Under the pieces are notes generated by a model. The model did no database searches. It was not told the origin of the DNA and saw only the letters and a program-made list of their open reading frames with translations. 63,312 nt of DNA from an uncultured bacterium (GTDB lineage Bacteria; UBA8248; JACPRG01; G963555815): positions 2,704 to 66,015 of the forward strand of contig CAYRGS010000001.1 of assembly GCA_964423875.1 (NCBI GenBank), in the 5' to 3' direction. Positions 1 to 9,841 of this stretch are shown piece by piece. The translations under genes were made by a program, and so were the position numbers. Within the stretch, counting starts at the first letter, position 1, and each line of letters begins with the position of its first letter.

Positions 1-640
<640 letters not shown>

Positions 641-650
641 CGTTCGGAGA

Positions 651-1496
651 ATGTTTGTTTCCATGAGGCCAATCAGCGAGCGACGCCAGGACATCCTGTT
701 GGTGTGCGGCCTGATTATCTTCTCGCTGACCCTGATGACCCTCCAGGTGCGCCACAAAAGGCTCGCCCTTCCCGTTGAGCGGCTGATGCTGGCCATCAGC
801 GGTCCGATTCAATCCCTGGTCCACAAGCCGGTGGGGGCCCTTCGGCGGCTGAGCATCAAACTCTCCTCGGTGGAAAACCTCCGGGAGGTGAACGAATCCC
901 TGAAGGCCGAGGTGCAGCGTCTGCGCACCGTGGAAACCACTTACCGGGAGCTTCTTCTCAAGAACGCGCGGCTGCGCCGGCTCCTTCTTTTCCAGCAGCA
1001 GATGCCCTTCCAGACCGTCACGGCTTCGGTGATCGCCCGGGCCTTCGCCAACTGGTCGAAGACCATCACCCTGGACGTCGGATCTGAGTCCGGTTTCAAG
1101 GAAAAACTCCCCGTCCTGAATCATCAGGGGATTGTGGGCCACATCATCCGGGTCGCCCCGAAGCACGCGGTAGTTCAACTGATCACCGACGCCCGCGGCG
1201 CGGTGGACGCCCTGATCCAACGCACCCGAACGGGCGGGATCTTCATCGGATCATCCAACGGCCGCAACACCGGATACCTGTGGTACGTTTCCCGGGAGGA
1301 AGACATCCGGGTGAACGACCAGGTCATCTCCTCGGGTTACGGGGGGGTCTACCCCAAAGGCGTTCCGGTGGGTGTGGTAAAGGCCGTGGACCGCAGCGGC
1401 ACGGAGATGTTTCAGACCATTGACGTACGGCCCGCCGTGGATTTTTCCCGTCTTGAAGAAGTCCTCGTTGTGGTGGGCCGGCGACCTCCCCGATGA
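651..1496 (+). CDS. mreC: Rod shape-determining protein MreC
   Basis: 281-aa ORF 10 nt after mreB. It has an N-terminal TM segment (ILLVCGLIIFSLTLMTL), a coiled-coil stretch (LREVNESLKAEVQRLR) and a beta-rich C-terminus. Its position between mreB and mreD fits MreC. Confidence 0.88.
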   Translation: MFVSMRPISERRQDILLVCGLIIFSLTLMTLQVRHKRLALPVERLMLAISGPIQSLVHKPVGALRRLSIKLSSVENLREVNESLKAEVQRLRTVETTYRELLLKNARLRRLLLFQQQMPFQTVTASVIARAFANWSKTITLDVGSESGFKEKLPVLNHQGIVGHIIRVAPKHAVVQLITDARGAVDALIQRTRTGGIFIGSSNGRNTGYLWYVSREEDIRVNDQVISSGYGGVYPKGVPVGVVKAVDRSGTEMFQTIDVRPAVDFSRLEEVLVVVGRRPPR

Positions 1497-2011
1497 TCTT
1501 TCTGTATGACCTCGGCCTGATCGTTGTCATTCTCGTTCTACAAACAACCCTGGCCGAGTTTGTGGCCGATTTGACGGGTGCCACGCCGGACCTGATCCTC
1601 CTTCTGGTCGTCGGCTTCGGGCTGTTGCGGGGGAAGAAGGCCGGAATCGGTTACGGTTGGGGGTTGGGCCTGCTCCAGGACGGCCTCTCGGGAGACCTTC
1701 TGGGCCAGAACGTCCTGTCCAAAGGGCTCATCGGGTACGTCACGGGGGCGTTTCACCGAAACTTGGGGTACCATACGATGATCACCCCGCTTCTGGTCGT
1801 CCCCCTGGCCACCCTGTTCAACGCGGCAATCCACCTGGGCACGAAGTTTCTACTGTACGAGGTCTCGGTGGACAAAACCGTGTGGACGACGCTCGGGACC
1901 ATCGTTTTGCTCAACACCGCGGTCAGCCCCCTGGTGAGTTGGACGGTCCGGACTTATACACTCCGGGTGAAGCGGTCGGCGGGCGATGTCTCTCTGGGAA
2001 GGTCTCGATGA
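1493..2011 (+). CDS. mreD: Rod shape-determining protein MreD
   Basis: 172-aa polytopic membrane ORF. Its start overlaps the mreC stop, and its stop overlaps the mrdA start (ATGA at 2008-2011). Position and hydrophobicity fit MreD. Confidence 0.8.
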   Translation: MIFLYDLGLIVVILVLQTTLAEFVADLTGATPDLILLLVVGFGLLRGKKAGIGYGWGLGLLQDGLSGDLLGQNVLSKGLIGYVTGAFHRNLGYHTMITPLLVVPLATLFNAAIHLGTKFLLYEVSVDKTVWTTLGTIVLLNTAVSPLVSWTVRTYTLRVKRSAGDVSLGRSR

Positions 2012-3942
2012 ACTTTCGAAAGCTGCGCCGAACCCAGTCCGAACTACAGACGGGAAACCTGAACCGGCGTCTCATGTCGATCGGGATCATCGCGTTCGTC
2101 TTCATCGGCGCCCTCACCATCCGGCTCTGGGATCTGCAAGTGACCCACGGAGAGGACTTCCGCCGCCGCTCCGAGACCAACCGGATCACGACGAAACTCG
2201 TTCCCGGGTTGCGGGGGAAGATTCTCGACCGCGATGGACGGTTGCTGGCGGGAACCCGGGCGGCCTTTCATCTCGCCCTGATCGTCCGCTCCGTCCCCGA
2301 CCTGTCGAAGACCCTCAAGCACCTGCAAGCGCAAACCGGCCTCGACCCCGATTGGGCCCGATCCCGGATTCACCGGGGTAATCTCTTCAAGCCCATCGTC
2401 GTCCAGAAGAACCTTCCCCGCGAGGCGGTCGGGCAGGTGATGGAACACCGCTGGCAGCTTCCCGGCGTTCTCCTCCAGATCAATCCCCAGCGCGAGTATC
2501 CCCAGCGGGACACCGCCGCACACCTGATGGGGTACCTCGGGGAGGTCTCGGACGCACAACTTAAGAAGAAGCGAGGCTACCGGAGCGGCGACATGACCGG
2601 AAAGCAGGGCATCGAGCGGGAGTTCGAAGAGGTCCTGCGAGGCGCGTACGGCAAGCGTTTAATCGAGGTGGACGCCTTCGGGCGCGAAATCAAGCTGATC
2701 GGAGTCCGGCCGGCCAAACCCGGCCGGAACCTGGTTTTGACCCTGGATCTGGACCTGCAGAAAAAGGCCGAGTCGCTGTTGGCCGGCCAGCCCGGGGTGC
2801 TGATCGCCATGGACCCGCGCAACGGCGAGATTCTCGCCCTGGCCAGCAACCCGCGTTTTGATCCCAACACCCTGACCCAGGGGATGAGTCCGTCGTCCTG
2901 GGGCTCTCTCCTCCAGAACCCCCTGCGCGTCTTGCAGGACCGCGCCACCCGGGGCCTGTATCCCCCCGGATCGGTCTTCAAGATCATCATGGTCGCCGCC
3001 GCGCTGGAGGAGGGTGTCCTCGATCTTTCGGAAACCCTGTATTGTCCCGGCCAGTTCAGGTTCGGCGCCCGGACCTACCGGTGCTGGAAGTCCGGCGGGC
3101 ACGGCAACGTCAACCTGCACCGGGCCCTCGTTGAATCGTGCGACGCGTTTTTCTATCAGCTCGGGCTGAAGCTGGGGATCGACCGCATTGCCCGATACGC
3201 CTCCGGCTTCGGCATGGGACGGCCGACGGGCATCGTCAGCCGGGGGGAGAAAGGCGGGGTCGTTGCGTCCCCCGCTTGGAAAAAGAAGACCAAGGGCCAG
3301 CCGTGGTATGCCGGGGAGACCATCTCCGTTGCCATCGGGCAAGGCTATACCCTGGTGACCCCGATGCAGATGGCCGTCCTCATCGCCGCCGTCGCCAACG
3401 GAGGAACCCTCCTTCGGCCAAATCTCGTCCGCCGGATCGAGGAGAACGACGGCACGGTCCGGGATACCTTCGGGCCGGAGGTCCGAGGACGCCTTCCCGT
3501 CAGCCCGAAAAACCTGGAGATCATCCGGACCGCCTTGCGGGGTGTCGTCCAGGATGCGCGGGGCACCGGATTCCGGGCCAAGGTGCCGGGAATCCAGGTC
3601 GCCGGCAAGACCGGAACGGCTCAGGTCGTTCGGCTCAAGCACCGAAAGGACTCGAAGGAACAGCGGGAGGGACCCCGCTTGTTCCGGGACCATGCCTGGT
3701 TCGTGGCGTTTGCGCCCTATGAAGAACCCACCATCGCCGTTGTCGTCCTGGCCGAACACGCCGGAGTGGGGGGGAGCCGCTACGCCCCCCTGGCCCGGGA
3801 TCTGATCGCCTACCACCTCGGCATCCGGATGGAAAAACGGCCGCCGGGCGCGCAGTTCTCCAGAACACCCGCCGCCGGACGGAGGGCCTCCGCCTCGGTG
3901 CGTCCGCGCGGGGCCGAGGCCCGCCGTGCGGGAGCCTTGTGA
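2008..3942 (+). CDS. mrdA: Penicillin-binding protein 2 (elongasome transpeptidase)
   Basis: ATG at 2008 (MNFRKLRRTQ...) is followed by a TM anchor (IGIIAFVFIGALTI). Transpeptidase motifs present: GSVFK (SxxK), ESCD (SxD/N) and KTGTA. The track start at 1657 is an upstream extension overlapping mreD. Confidence 0.93.
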   Translation: MNFRKLRRTQSELQTGNLNRRLMSIGIIAFVFIGALTIRLWDLQVTHGEDFRRRSETNRITTKLVPGLRGKILDRDGRLLAGTRAAFHLALIVRSVPDLSKTLKHLQAQTGLDPDWARSRIHRGNLFKPIVVQKNLPREAVGQVMEHRWQLPGVLLQINPQREYPQRDTAAHLMGYLGEVSDAQLKKKRGYRSGDMTGKQGIEREFEEVLRGAYGKRLIEVDAFGREIKLIGVRPAKPGRNLVLTLDLDLQKKAESLLAGQPGVLIAMDPRNGEILALASNPRFDPNTLTQGMSPSSWGSLLQNPLRVLQDRATRGLYPPGSVFKIIMVAAALEEGVLDLSETLYCPGQFRFGARTYRCWKSGGHGNVNLHRALVESCDAFFYQLGLKLGIDRIARYASGFGMGRPTGIVSRGEKGGVVASPAWKKKTKGQPWYAGETISVAIGQGYTLVTPMQMAVLIAAVANGGTLLRPNLVRRIEENDGTVRDTFGPEVRGRLPVSPKNLEIIRTALRGVVQDARGTGFRAKVPGIQVAGKTGTAQVVRLKHRKDSKEQREGPRLFRDHAWFVAFAPYEEPTIAVVVLAEHAGVGGSRYAPLARDLIAYHLGIRMEKRPPGAQFSRTPAAGRRASASVRPRGAEARRAGAL

Positions 3943-5036
3943 TGTTCGAGCGCCGCCTCCTCGCCCAGCTGGACTGGAGAATCATCCTCGTCACCTTCCT
4001 CCTGGCCGCGACGGGTGTCACCATGATTTACAGCGCCACCTATTCCAAGAGCGGGGGATTAGAGGGACTTTACATTCGCCAGCTCTACTGGTTCGGGATC
4101 GGCCTGCTCGGCGTCACGCTTCTGCTTTTCACGGATTACCGGCTCGTTCACCGCCATGCCTATCTGGTGTACGGCGTGGCCGTTGTGCTCCTGATTCTGG
4201 TTTCGCTTTGGGGCAGAAGCGTCGGGGGGGCCCAGCGGTGGCTCGTCTTCGGCCCCGTCCGCGTTCAACCCTCCGAGCTCGCCAAGCTGGCGGTGATCAT
4301 CGCGCTGGCCCGGTACTTTTCAAACGAAGAAAAGAGGGGATTGCTGCGGCTCCGGGACTTGGCGATGCCGGCCGCCATCATCCTGGTTCCGGCCGCCCTG
4401 GTGGCCAAAGAGCCGGATCTGGGCACGGCCCTGGTCATCATCCTGATCGGTCTCACGGTGGTGGCGACTGTCGGTCTTCGCTTCGGGACGAGCATCATCC
4501 TGGCGATGGGCGCGGTGGCCGCGACCTCCGTCGGCTGGTTCTTTCTGAAGGGCTATCAGAAGGAACGGATCTTGACGGTCATCCATGGGGGAGATCCCCT
4601 GGGCGCCGGCTACCACAGCCTGCAAGCCAAAATCTCCATTGGCTCCGGCGGGCTGCTGGGAAAGGGGTTGCTGGAGGGCACGCAGAGTCAGCTCCACTTC
4701 CTTCCCGCGTCACACACCGATTTCATCCTGGCGGTTCTGGCGGAGGAGGTGGGGTTCGTCGGCTCGATGTGGATGTTGGGTCTGTTCTCGATCCTGATCG
4801 CCCTGGGGTTGACCGTCGCCTACCGGTCCCGGGACTTCTTCGGGTCGATTTTGGCCGCCGGGGTGGTGGGCTATTTGTGCCTGCACGTTGTTCTCAACGT
4901 CGCCATGTCGACGGGCATGCTTCCCGTCGTCGGGCTCCCGCTTCCCCTGATGAGCTATGGAGGTTCGTCCATCGTGGTGACGCTGCTGGGGATCGGCTTG
5001 CTCCTGAACATCCGGATGCGGCGGTTCAGTTTCTGA
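3939..5036 (+). CDS. rodA: SEDS-family peptidoglycan glycosyltransferase RodA
   Basis: 365-aa polytopic protein overlapping the mrdA stop. SEDS hallmarks present: PSELAKLAVII, HTDFILAVLAEEVGF, PLPLMSYGGSS. Confidence 0.93.
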   Translation: MMFERRLLAQLDWRIILVTFLLAATGVTMIYSATYSKSGGLEGLYIRQLYWFGIGLLGVTLLLFTDYRLVHRHAYLVYGVAVVLLILVSLWGRSVGGAQRWLVFGPVRVQPSELAKLAVIIALARYFSNEEKRGLLRLRDLAMPAAIILVPAALVAKEPDLGTALVIILIGLTVVATVGLRFGTSIILAMGAVAATSVGWFFLKGYQKERILTVIHGGDPLGAGYHSLQAKISIGSGGLLGKGLLEGTQSQLHFLPASHTDFILAVLAEEVGFVGSMWMLGLFSILIALGLTVAYRSRDFFGSILAAGVVGYLCLHVVLNVAMSTGMLPVVGLPLPLMSYGGSSIVVTLLGIGLLLNIRMRRFSF

Positions 5037-5088
5037 AAACCGGAAATGGCCCGGTTCCCACGGGAGAGGCCGTTCCCCCGGGCGTTTC

Positions 5089-5117
5089 TTGACATTTCGA
5101 AGGCGGGCGGTAACTAT
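5089..5117 (+). promoter_or_regulatory. Candidate sigma70-type promoter upstream of rng
   Basis: TTGACA at 5089-5094, then a 17-nt spacer and AACTAT at 5112-5117, in the 299-nt rodA-rng gap. It would give a ~210-nt leader. The -10 element is imperfect. Confidence 0.35.
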
Positions 5118-5335
5118 CTATAGGGTCAGGGTTCCGAAGAGCCGGCGTCCTGATCGTCCACCCGGGCGCGTCGTTGGTTGGAGGGGAGGGAGGGGCGGCC
5201 TTTTCGACCGGCCCGACCCATTGAGCCCTCCTTTCAAACGGCCTCCGAGACCAGAACACCAAATCCAAACGGCCGTGACGGGATGACACCGCGGGGCCAG
5301 GAACGTCCGAGCCAACCTTTTTCTTCCTGTCTGCC

Positions 5336-6853
5336 ATGCCTTCCAAACTCATTGTCAACGTAGAACCCCAGGAAAGCCGGGTCGCCCTGCTGGAAAACAA
5401 CCTCGTCACGGAGCTCTACATCGAGCGCAAGCAGGACGAGGGGATCGTCGGCAACATCTATAAAGGAAAGGTCACGAAGGTTCTGCCGGGCATGCAAGCG
5501 GCCTTTGTCGACATCGGTCTTGAAAAGGCCGGTTTCCTCTATGTCGCGGACGTGGACGTCGACCGGGACAACCTCGAGGGCTTCTTGGAGCAGAGCGAAG
5601 ACCTGGAGATTGAATACGAGCGTCGGGATCGGGGCCGGCGGGCCCCCTCCCAGCCTATCGAAGACCTCCTCCGCAGCGGGGAGGACGTCATGGTCCAGGT
5701 CACGAAGGAGCCCATCGGAACCAAAGGGTGCCGGATCACCTCCTACATTTCCCTTCCGGGCCGCTATCTCGTCTTCATGCCGACCGGGGACCAGATCGGT
5801 GTCTCCCGCCGGATTGAGGACGAGGTCGAGCGGAAACGGCTGAAAAAACTGGTTCGCCGCCTCAAGGGGAACGGCGGGGGATATATCGTCCGCACGGTGA
5901 GCGAAGGGGTCACCGAGACGGAGTTCGAGAGCGACATCCGCTTCCTGACCACGCTCTGGAATCGGACCCGGGAAACCGGTGAATCGGTGAAATCCCCGAA
6001 CATCATCCATGACGACCTGAACTTGGTTTTGCGGATGATTCGGGACTTGTTCAGCGAAGACATCTCGCAAATGGTGATCGATGCCCCGGAGGTCCACGCC
6101 AAGACCTTGGAATTCGTCGAGAGCTTCTATCCGCACCTGGCCCCGCGCATTGTCCTCCACGACGGACGGGAGCCCATCTTCGACGCCTATGGCGTCGAGC
6201 TCGAGATCGAGCGCGCCCTGGGCCGTCGGGTCTGGCTCAAGTCCGGCGGCTACATCGTCATCGATCAGACCGAGGCCCTCGTCAGCATCGACGTCAACAC
6301 CGGCCGGTTTGTGGGCAAGCGCGATCCGGAAGAGACCATCCTTAAGACCAACATGGAAGCCGTGCGGGAAGTGGTCTTCCAGATCCGGTTGCGGAACATT
6401 GGCGGAATCATCATCATCGATTTCATCGACATGGAGCGCGAGGAGAACAAGGAAAAGGTCTTCGAGACCCTGGCTCAGGAGCTCAAGGCCGACCGATCCA
6501 GGACCCGCATCCTGAAAATCTCCGAAATGGGGCTGGTCGAGATGACCCGAAAAAGGGTTCGGGACAGCCTCAGCCGGACCCTCTGCCAGCCCTGCGCCTA
6601 TTGCGACGGCCGGGGGATCATCAAGTCCACGACCACCGTCTGCTATGAAATCCTCCGGGAGCTCAGGCGGGTGCACACCCACGACCCGCGGTCCCGGAAA
6701 TTGAAGGTCAACGCCCACCCCGCGGTCGTGGATCTTTTGCTGGAGGAACAGAGTGCCCACATGGAGCGCCTCGAGCGCGAGCTCACCATCCGGGTTTCCG
6801 TCAAGGCGGACAAGGGTCTCCACCAGGAAGGTTTCGAGGTGCTCCCCTTTTGA
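5336..6853 (+). CDS. rng: Ribonuclease G (RNase E/G family, short form)
   Basis: S1 domain (GNIYKGKVTKVLPGMQAAFVDIG), catalytic core motifs (VSIDVNTGRFVG, GGIIIIDFIDM) and a Zn-link (CQPCAYCDGRG). At 505 aa it has no long RNase E scaffold tail. Confidence 0.93.
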   Translation: MPSKLIVNVEPQESRVALLENNLVTELYIERKQDEGIVGNIYKGKVTKVLPGMQAAFVDIGLEKAGFLYVADVDVDRDNLEGFLEQSEDLEIEYERRDRGRRAPSQPIEDLLRSGEDVMVQVTKEPIGTKGCRITSYISLPGRYLVFMPTGDQIGVSRRIEDEVERKRLKKLVRRLKGNGGGYIVRTVSEGVTETEFESDIRFLTTLWNRTRETGESVKSPNIIHDDLNLVLRMIRDLFSEDISQMVIDAPEVHAKTLEFVESFYPHLAPRIVLHDGREPIFDAYGVELEIERALGRRVWLKSGGYIVIDQTEALVSIDVNTGRFVGKRDPEETILKTNMEAVREVVFQIRLRNIGGIIIIDFIDMEREENKEKVFETLAQELKADRSRTRILKISEMGLVEMTRKRVRDSLSRTLCQPCAYCDGRGIIKSTTTVCYEILRELRRVHTHDPRSRKLKVNAHPAVVDLLLEEQSAHMERLERELTIRVSVKADKGLHQEGFEVLPF

Positions 6854-6873
6854 AGACCCGACGGCCGGCCTGC

Positions 6874-6902
6874 TTGACACCCTAAAACGCCCATCTTATA
6901 TA
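6874..6902 (+). promoter_or_regulatory. Near-consensus sigma70-type promoter upstream of smg-topA
   Basis: TTGACA (6874-6879), exact 17-nt spacer, TATATA (6897-6902). It stands out as an AT patch in GC-rich DNA, ~180 nt upstream of the smg ATG. Confidence 0.55.
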
Positions 6903-7085
6903 TAGTCGCCGATTGCCATCGGCCCCGCATTGAGCGGGGCGGACCCGCCTGATTCAAGGCCCGGCGGAGGTTTCCGGGGCCTTAATGGCCCTCGAGCTCA
7001 TGGGGCTGATTCGACAGTATCCGGGGAAGGTGTTCGCGAGGGCCTGAACCGGGCGCATGGACGCCGAGCGGGAGAACCGATTCCG

Positions 7086-7559
7086 ATGCGTGAGCGAATG
7101 TTCCACATGGTCAACCTGATCATCGAGCACCTTCTCAAGGACAGCACGATCTCGTTTTACGAGCCGGAGATGGCCGAGATGCTGCGCTCTCACGGCTTCG
7201 ACGCCGATGAGATTTCCGAGGCCTTCCATTGGCTTCATCATTTTGGGGCCTGGGGCGAAAACGGGTTCGGAGAACGGGAGGGAACCGGCGCGGCGTTTCG
7301 GGTGTTCAGCGACGAAGAGCATCTGGCCTTTACGGTCGAAGCCGGCGGGTACCTCCTTCAGCTCCATCAGATGGGGCTGATCGACGATTCCATGCGCGAG
7401 GAAATCATCCAAAGGGCCCTCAGCTTGGTGGAGGGCGAGATCACCCGCGACGACGTTCGGGCCATGGCGTTGCTCGTGGCCTTTCACCGCTCGCAGAAGC
7501 ACTGGCAGACCGATCTCATCCGGTTTCTCAACTCCGAAAACAGGAGCTTTTTGAACTGA
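7086..7559 (+). CDS. smg: Smg protein (DUF494)
   Basis: 157 aa from ATG 7086 (MRERMFHMVNLIIEHLL...SHGFDADEISEAFHWL...). It is collinear with my recollection of E. coli Smg. It lies directly upstream of topA, as in many bacteria. The track start at 6930 is an extension. Confidence 0.8.
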   Translation: MRERMFHMVNLIIEHLLKDSTISFYEPEMAEMLRSHGFDADEISEAFHWLHHFGAWGENGFGEREGTGAAFRVFSDEEHLAFTVEAGGYLLQLHQMGLIDDSMREEIIQRALSLVEGEITRDDVRAMALLVAFHRSQKHWQTDLIRFLNSENRSFLN

Positions 7560-7561
7560 CC

Positions 7562-9841
7562 ATGGCAGACCCCCTACTCATCGTAGAGTCTCCCGCCAAG
7601 GCCGCCACCCTCAAGAAATTTCTGGACAAGGGATTCCGCGTGGCCGCCTCGGTGGGGCATTTGAGAGATCTCCCCCCCAAAAAACTGGGTGTGGACGTCG
7701 AGAACGGCTTCATCCCCCAATACGAAGTCATCGAGGGCAAGAGCAAGGTCTTGGCCCAGCTCAAGGCGGCCGCCGCCAAAAGCGATGCCATCTACCTGGC
7801 GCCGGACCCCGACCGGGAAGGGGAGGCCATCGCCTGGCATATCCAGCAGGAGATCAAGTCCGTCACCCCCGCCAAGATCTACCGGATCACCTTCAACGAG
7901 ATCACCAAACAGGCCGTGACCCGGGCGGTCGAGTGGCCCGGGGAGATTGACCAGAACAAGGTCGAGGCCCAGCAGGCCCGCCGGGTCCTGGATCGGCTGG
8001 TGGGGTATAAGCTGAGTCCGCTCTTGGGCAGACGCCTTCGAAACTGGGGGCTGAGCGCCGGGCGCGTCCAATCGGTCGCCCTGCGTATCATCTGCGACCG
8101 CGAAGACGAGATTGAAAAGTTCGTTCCGGTGGAATACTGGACCCTCACCGCCCGGATGGCGGCCGACGCCCCCCCGGCGTTCGAGGCGGCCCTGCACCGG
8201 ATCGACGGGAAAAAGGTGGAAATCCCGAACGAGGCCCGGGCCCGGGAGATCCTGTCCGAGCTGGAGGGAGCGGAATATCGGGTCGCCAAGGTCGAGCGAA
8301 AAAAGCGCCGCCGCAAGCCCTTTCCCCCGTTTATCACTTCCACCCTCCAGCAGGACGCCTCCCGGCGTCTGCGCTTCACCGCCCGGAAGACCATGGCCAT
8401 TGCCCAGCAGCTCTATGAGGGGATGGACCTAGGGGAGGAGGGTCCGGTTGGGCTGATCACTTACATGCGGACCGATTCCACCCGCGTCGCTGGGGAGGCG
8501 CTGGCTGAGGCGCGCGAATTCATCTCCAATGAGTTCGGCCTGGATTATCTGCCCGGCAAGGCCCAGGTCTACGCGTCGAGGAAGGGCGCGCAGGACGCCC
8601 ATGAGGCCGTCCGCCCGACCTCGGCGTCGCGTGCCCCCGCCACGCTGGAAGGCCGGTTAAGCAAAGATCAGCTTGCGCTCTACCGTCTGATCTGGAACCG
8701 GTTCACAGCCTCCCAGATGAATCCCGCGGTTTACGACCAGACAGCGGTGGACATCCAGGCGGGGAGAAGCCAATTTCGCGCGACCGGGTCCGTTCTCCTT
8801 TTCCCCGGTTTCACCCGGGTGTACGAGGAGCAAACCGACGAAGCCGTGAAGGAGGAGGACCGCCCGCTGCCGCCCCTGCAGGAGGACCAGGGCGTGCGCT
8901 GCGAAGCGCTCGTCCCCAAGCAGCACTTCACGCAGCCCCCGCCCCGGTTCAGCGAGGCCAGCCTGGTTCGCGTCCTGGAAGAAAAGGGGATCGGACGGCC
9001 GAGCACGTACGCCTCCATCATCGGCACATTGACCGACCGGGATTACGTCCGCCTGGAGAAAAGGCAGATGCATCCGACCGATCTGGGGCGGATGATCTCG
9101 GACCTTTTGGTGAAGAACTTCTCCAACCTGATGAACGTGGGATTCACCGCCGACATGGAGAGCCGTCTGGATTCCATCGAAGAGGGAAAGGAAAACTGGA
9201 CCCAAACCCTGAAGGAATTCTACGACCCCTTTGAAAAGGACCTGAGCCGGGCCGAAAAGACCCTGAACGAACCCGAGCCCATCGGCCGCAAGTGTCCCGA
9301 TTGCGGCGGCGAGCTCGCGAAAAGACCCAGCCGGTACGGGATGTTCATCGGGTGCTCCAACTATCCGGACTGCAAATACACCGAATCCACGAATAACCGC
9401 GAGGCCGCGCCCGTCATCGAAACGGATCAGGTGTGCGAGAAATGCGGGAAGCCCATGGTCATCAAGAACGGACGATTCGGGGCGTTTCTGTCCTGCTCGG
9501 CGTATCCCGACTGCAAGAACGCCAAGCCCATCCCCACCGGGGTCTCCTGCCCCAAGTGCGGCGGAGACATCCTCTCCCGGCGCTCGAAGAAGGGCCGAAG
9601 CTTCTACGGCTGCGCCAAATATCCGGACTGCGACTTCGTGACTTGGTCCCGCCCCTACCCGAAGGCCTGTCCGGTCTGCGAATCGCCCTATTTGGTCGTC
9701 CAGCGGCGGGAGCTTCGCTGCCCCGACAAAGCGTGCGAGCACACCGAATCGCTCCCGGAGAATTGGGAAATGGTGGGGGTGACGCCCGTCCGCCCGGTCC
9801 ACGCCGGCGGGGAAGAGACCGCCCCGGAAGGAGGGACGTGA
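7562..9841 (+). CDS. topA: DNA topoisomerase I
   Basis: ATG 7562 (MADPLLIVESPAKAATLKKFL, Toprim). Also DPDREGEAIAWH, the active-site Tyr region (GLITYMRTDS) and four C-terminal Cys4 zinc ribbons (CPDCGG, CEKCG, CPKCGG, CPVCES). The track start at 7229 overlaps smg. Confidence 0.96.
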   Translation: MADPLLIVESPAKAATLKKFLDKGFRVAASVGHLRDLPPKKLGVDVENGFIPQYEVIEGKSKVLAQLKAAAAKSDAIYLAPDPDREGEAIAWHIQQEIKSVTPAKIYRITFNEITKQAVTRAVEWPGEIDQNKVEAQQARRVLDRLVGYKLSPLLGRRLRNWGLSAGRVQSVALRIICDREDEIEKFVPVEYWTLTARMAADAPPAFEAALHRIDGKKVEIPNEARAREILSELEGAEYRVAKVERKKRRRKPFPPFITSTLQQDASRRLRFTARKTMAIAQQLYEGMDLGEEGPVGLITYMRTDSTRVAGEALAEAREFISNEFGLDYLPGKAQVYASRKGAQDAHEAVRPTSASRAPATLEGRLSKDQLALYRLIWNRFTASQMNPAVYDQTAVDIQAGRSQFRATGSVLLFPGFTRVYEEQTDEAVKEEDRPLPPLQEDQGVRCEALVPKQHFTQPPPRFSEASLVRVLEEKGIGRPSTYASIIGTLTDRDYVRLEKRQMHPTDLGRMISDLLVKNFSNLMNVGFTADMESRLDSIEEGKENWTQTLKEFYDPFEKDLSRAEKTLNEPEPIGRKCPDCGGELAKRPSRYGMFIGCSNYPDCKYTESTNNREAAPVIETDQVCEKCGKPMVIKNGRFGAFLSCSAYPDCKNAKPIPTGVSCPKCGGDILSRRSKKGRSFYGCAKYPDCDFVTWSRPYPKACPVCESPYLVVQRRELRCPDKACEHTESLPENWEMVGVTPVRPVHAGGEETAPEGGT

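Noticed and set aside
1657-2007. Upstream extensions of track ORFs (mrdA from 1657, topA from 7229, trmFO from 9433, hslU from 12537, HAD from 13939, argG from 17529, ispE to 37036, rpsF to 30870, DUF721 to 39943, PIG-L from 44618, Mo-hydroxylase from 59097)
   Set aside because: In every case the extension overlaps the preceding conserved gene or promoter in another frame and is Arg/Pro/Gly-rich. The family-typical N-terminus begins at an internal start codon that abuts or overlaps the previous stop.
5234-6880. 548-aa - strand ORF opposite rng
   Set aside because: It is antisense to a clearly conserved RNase G. Its composition is biased (G/D/P/V/L-rich) and it has no motifs. It is a GC-driven open frame.
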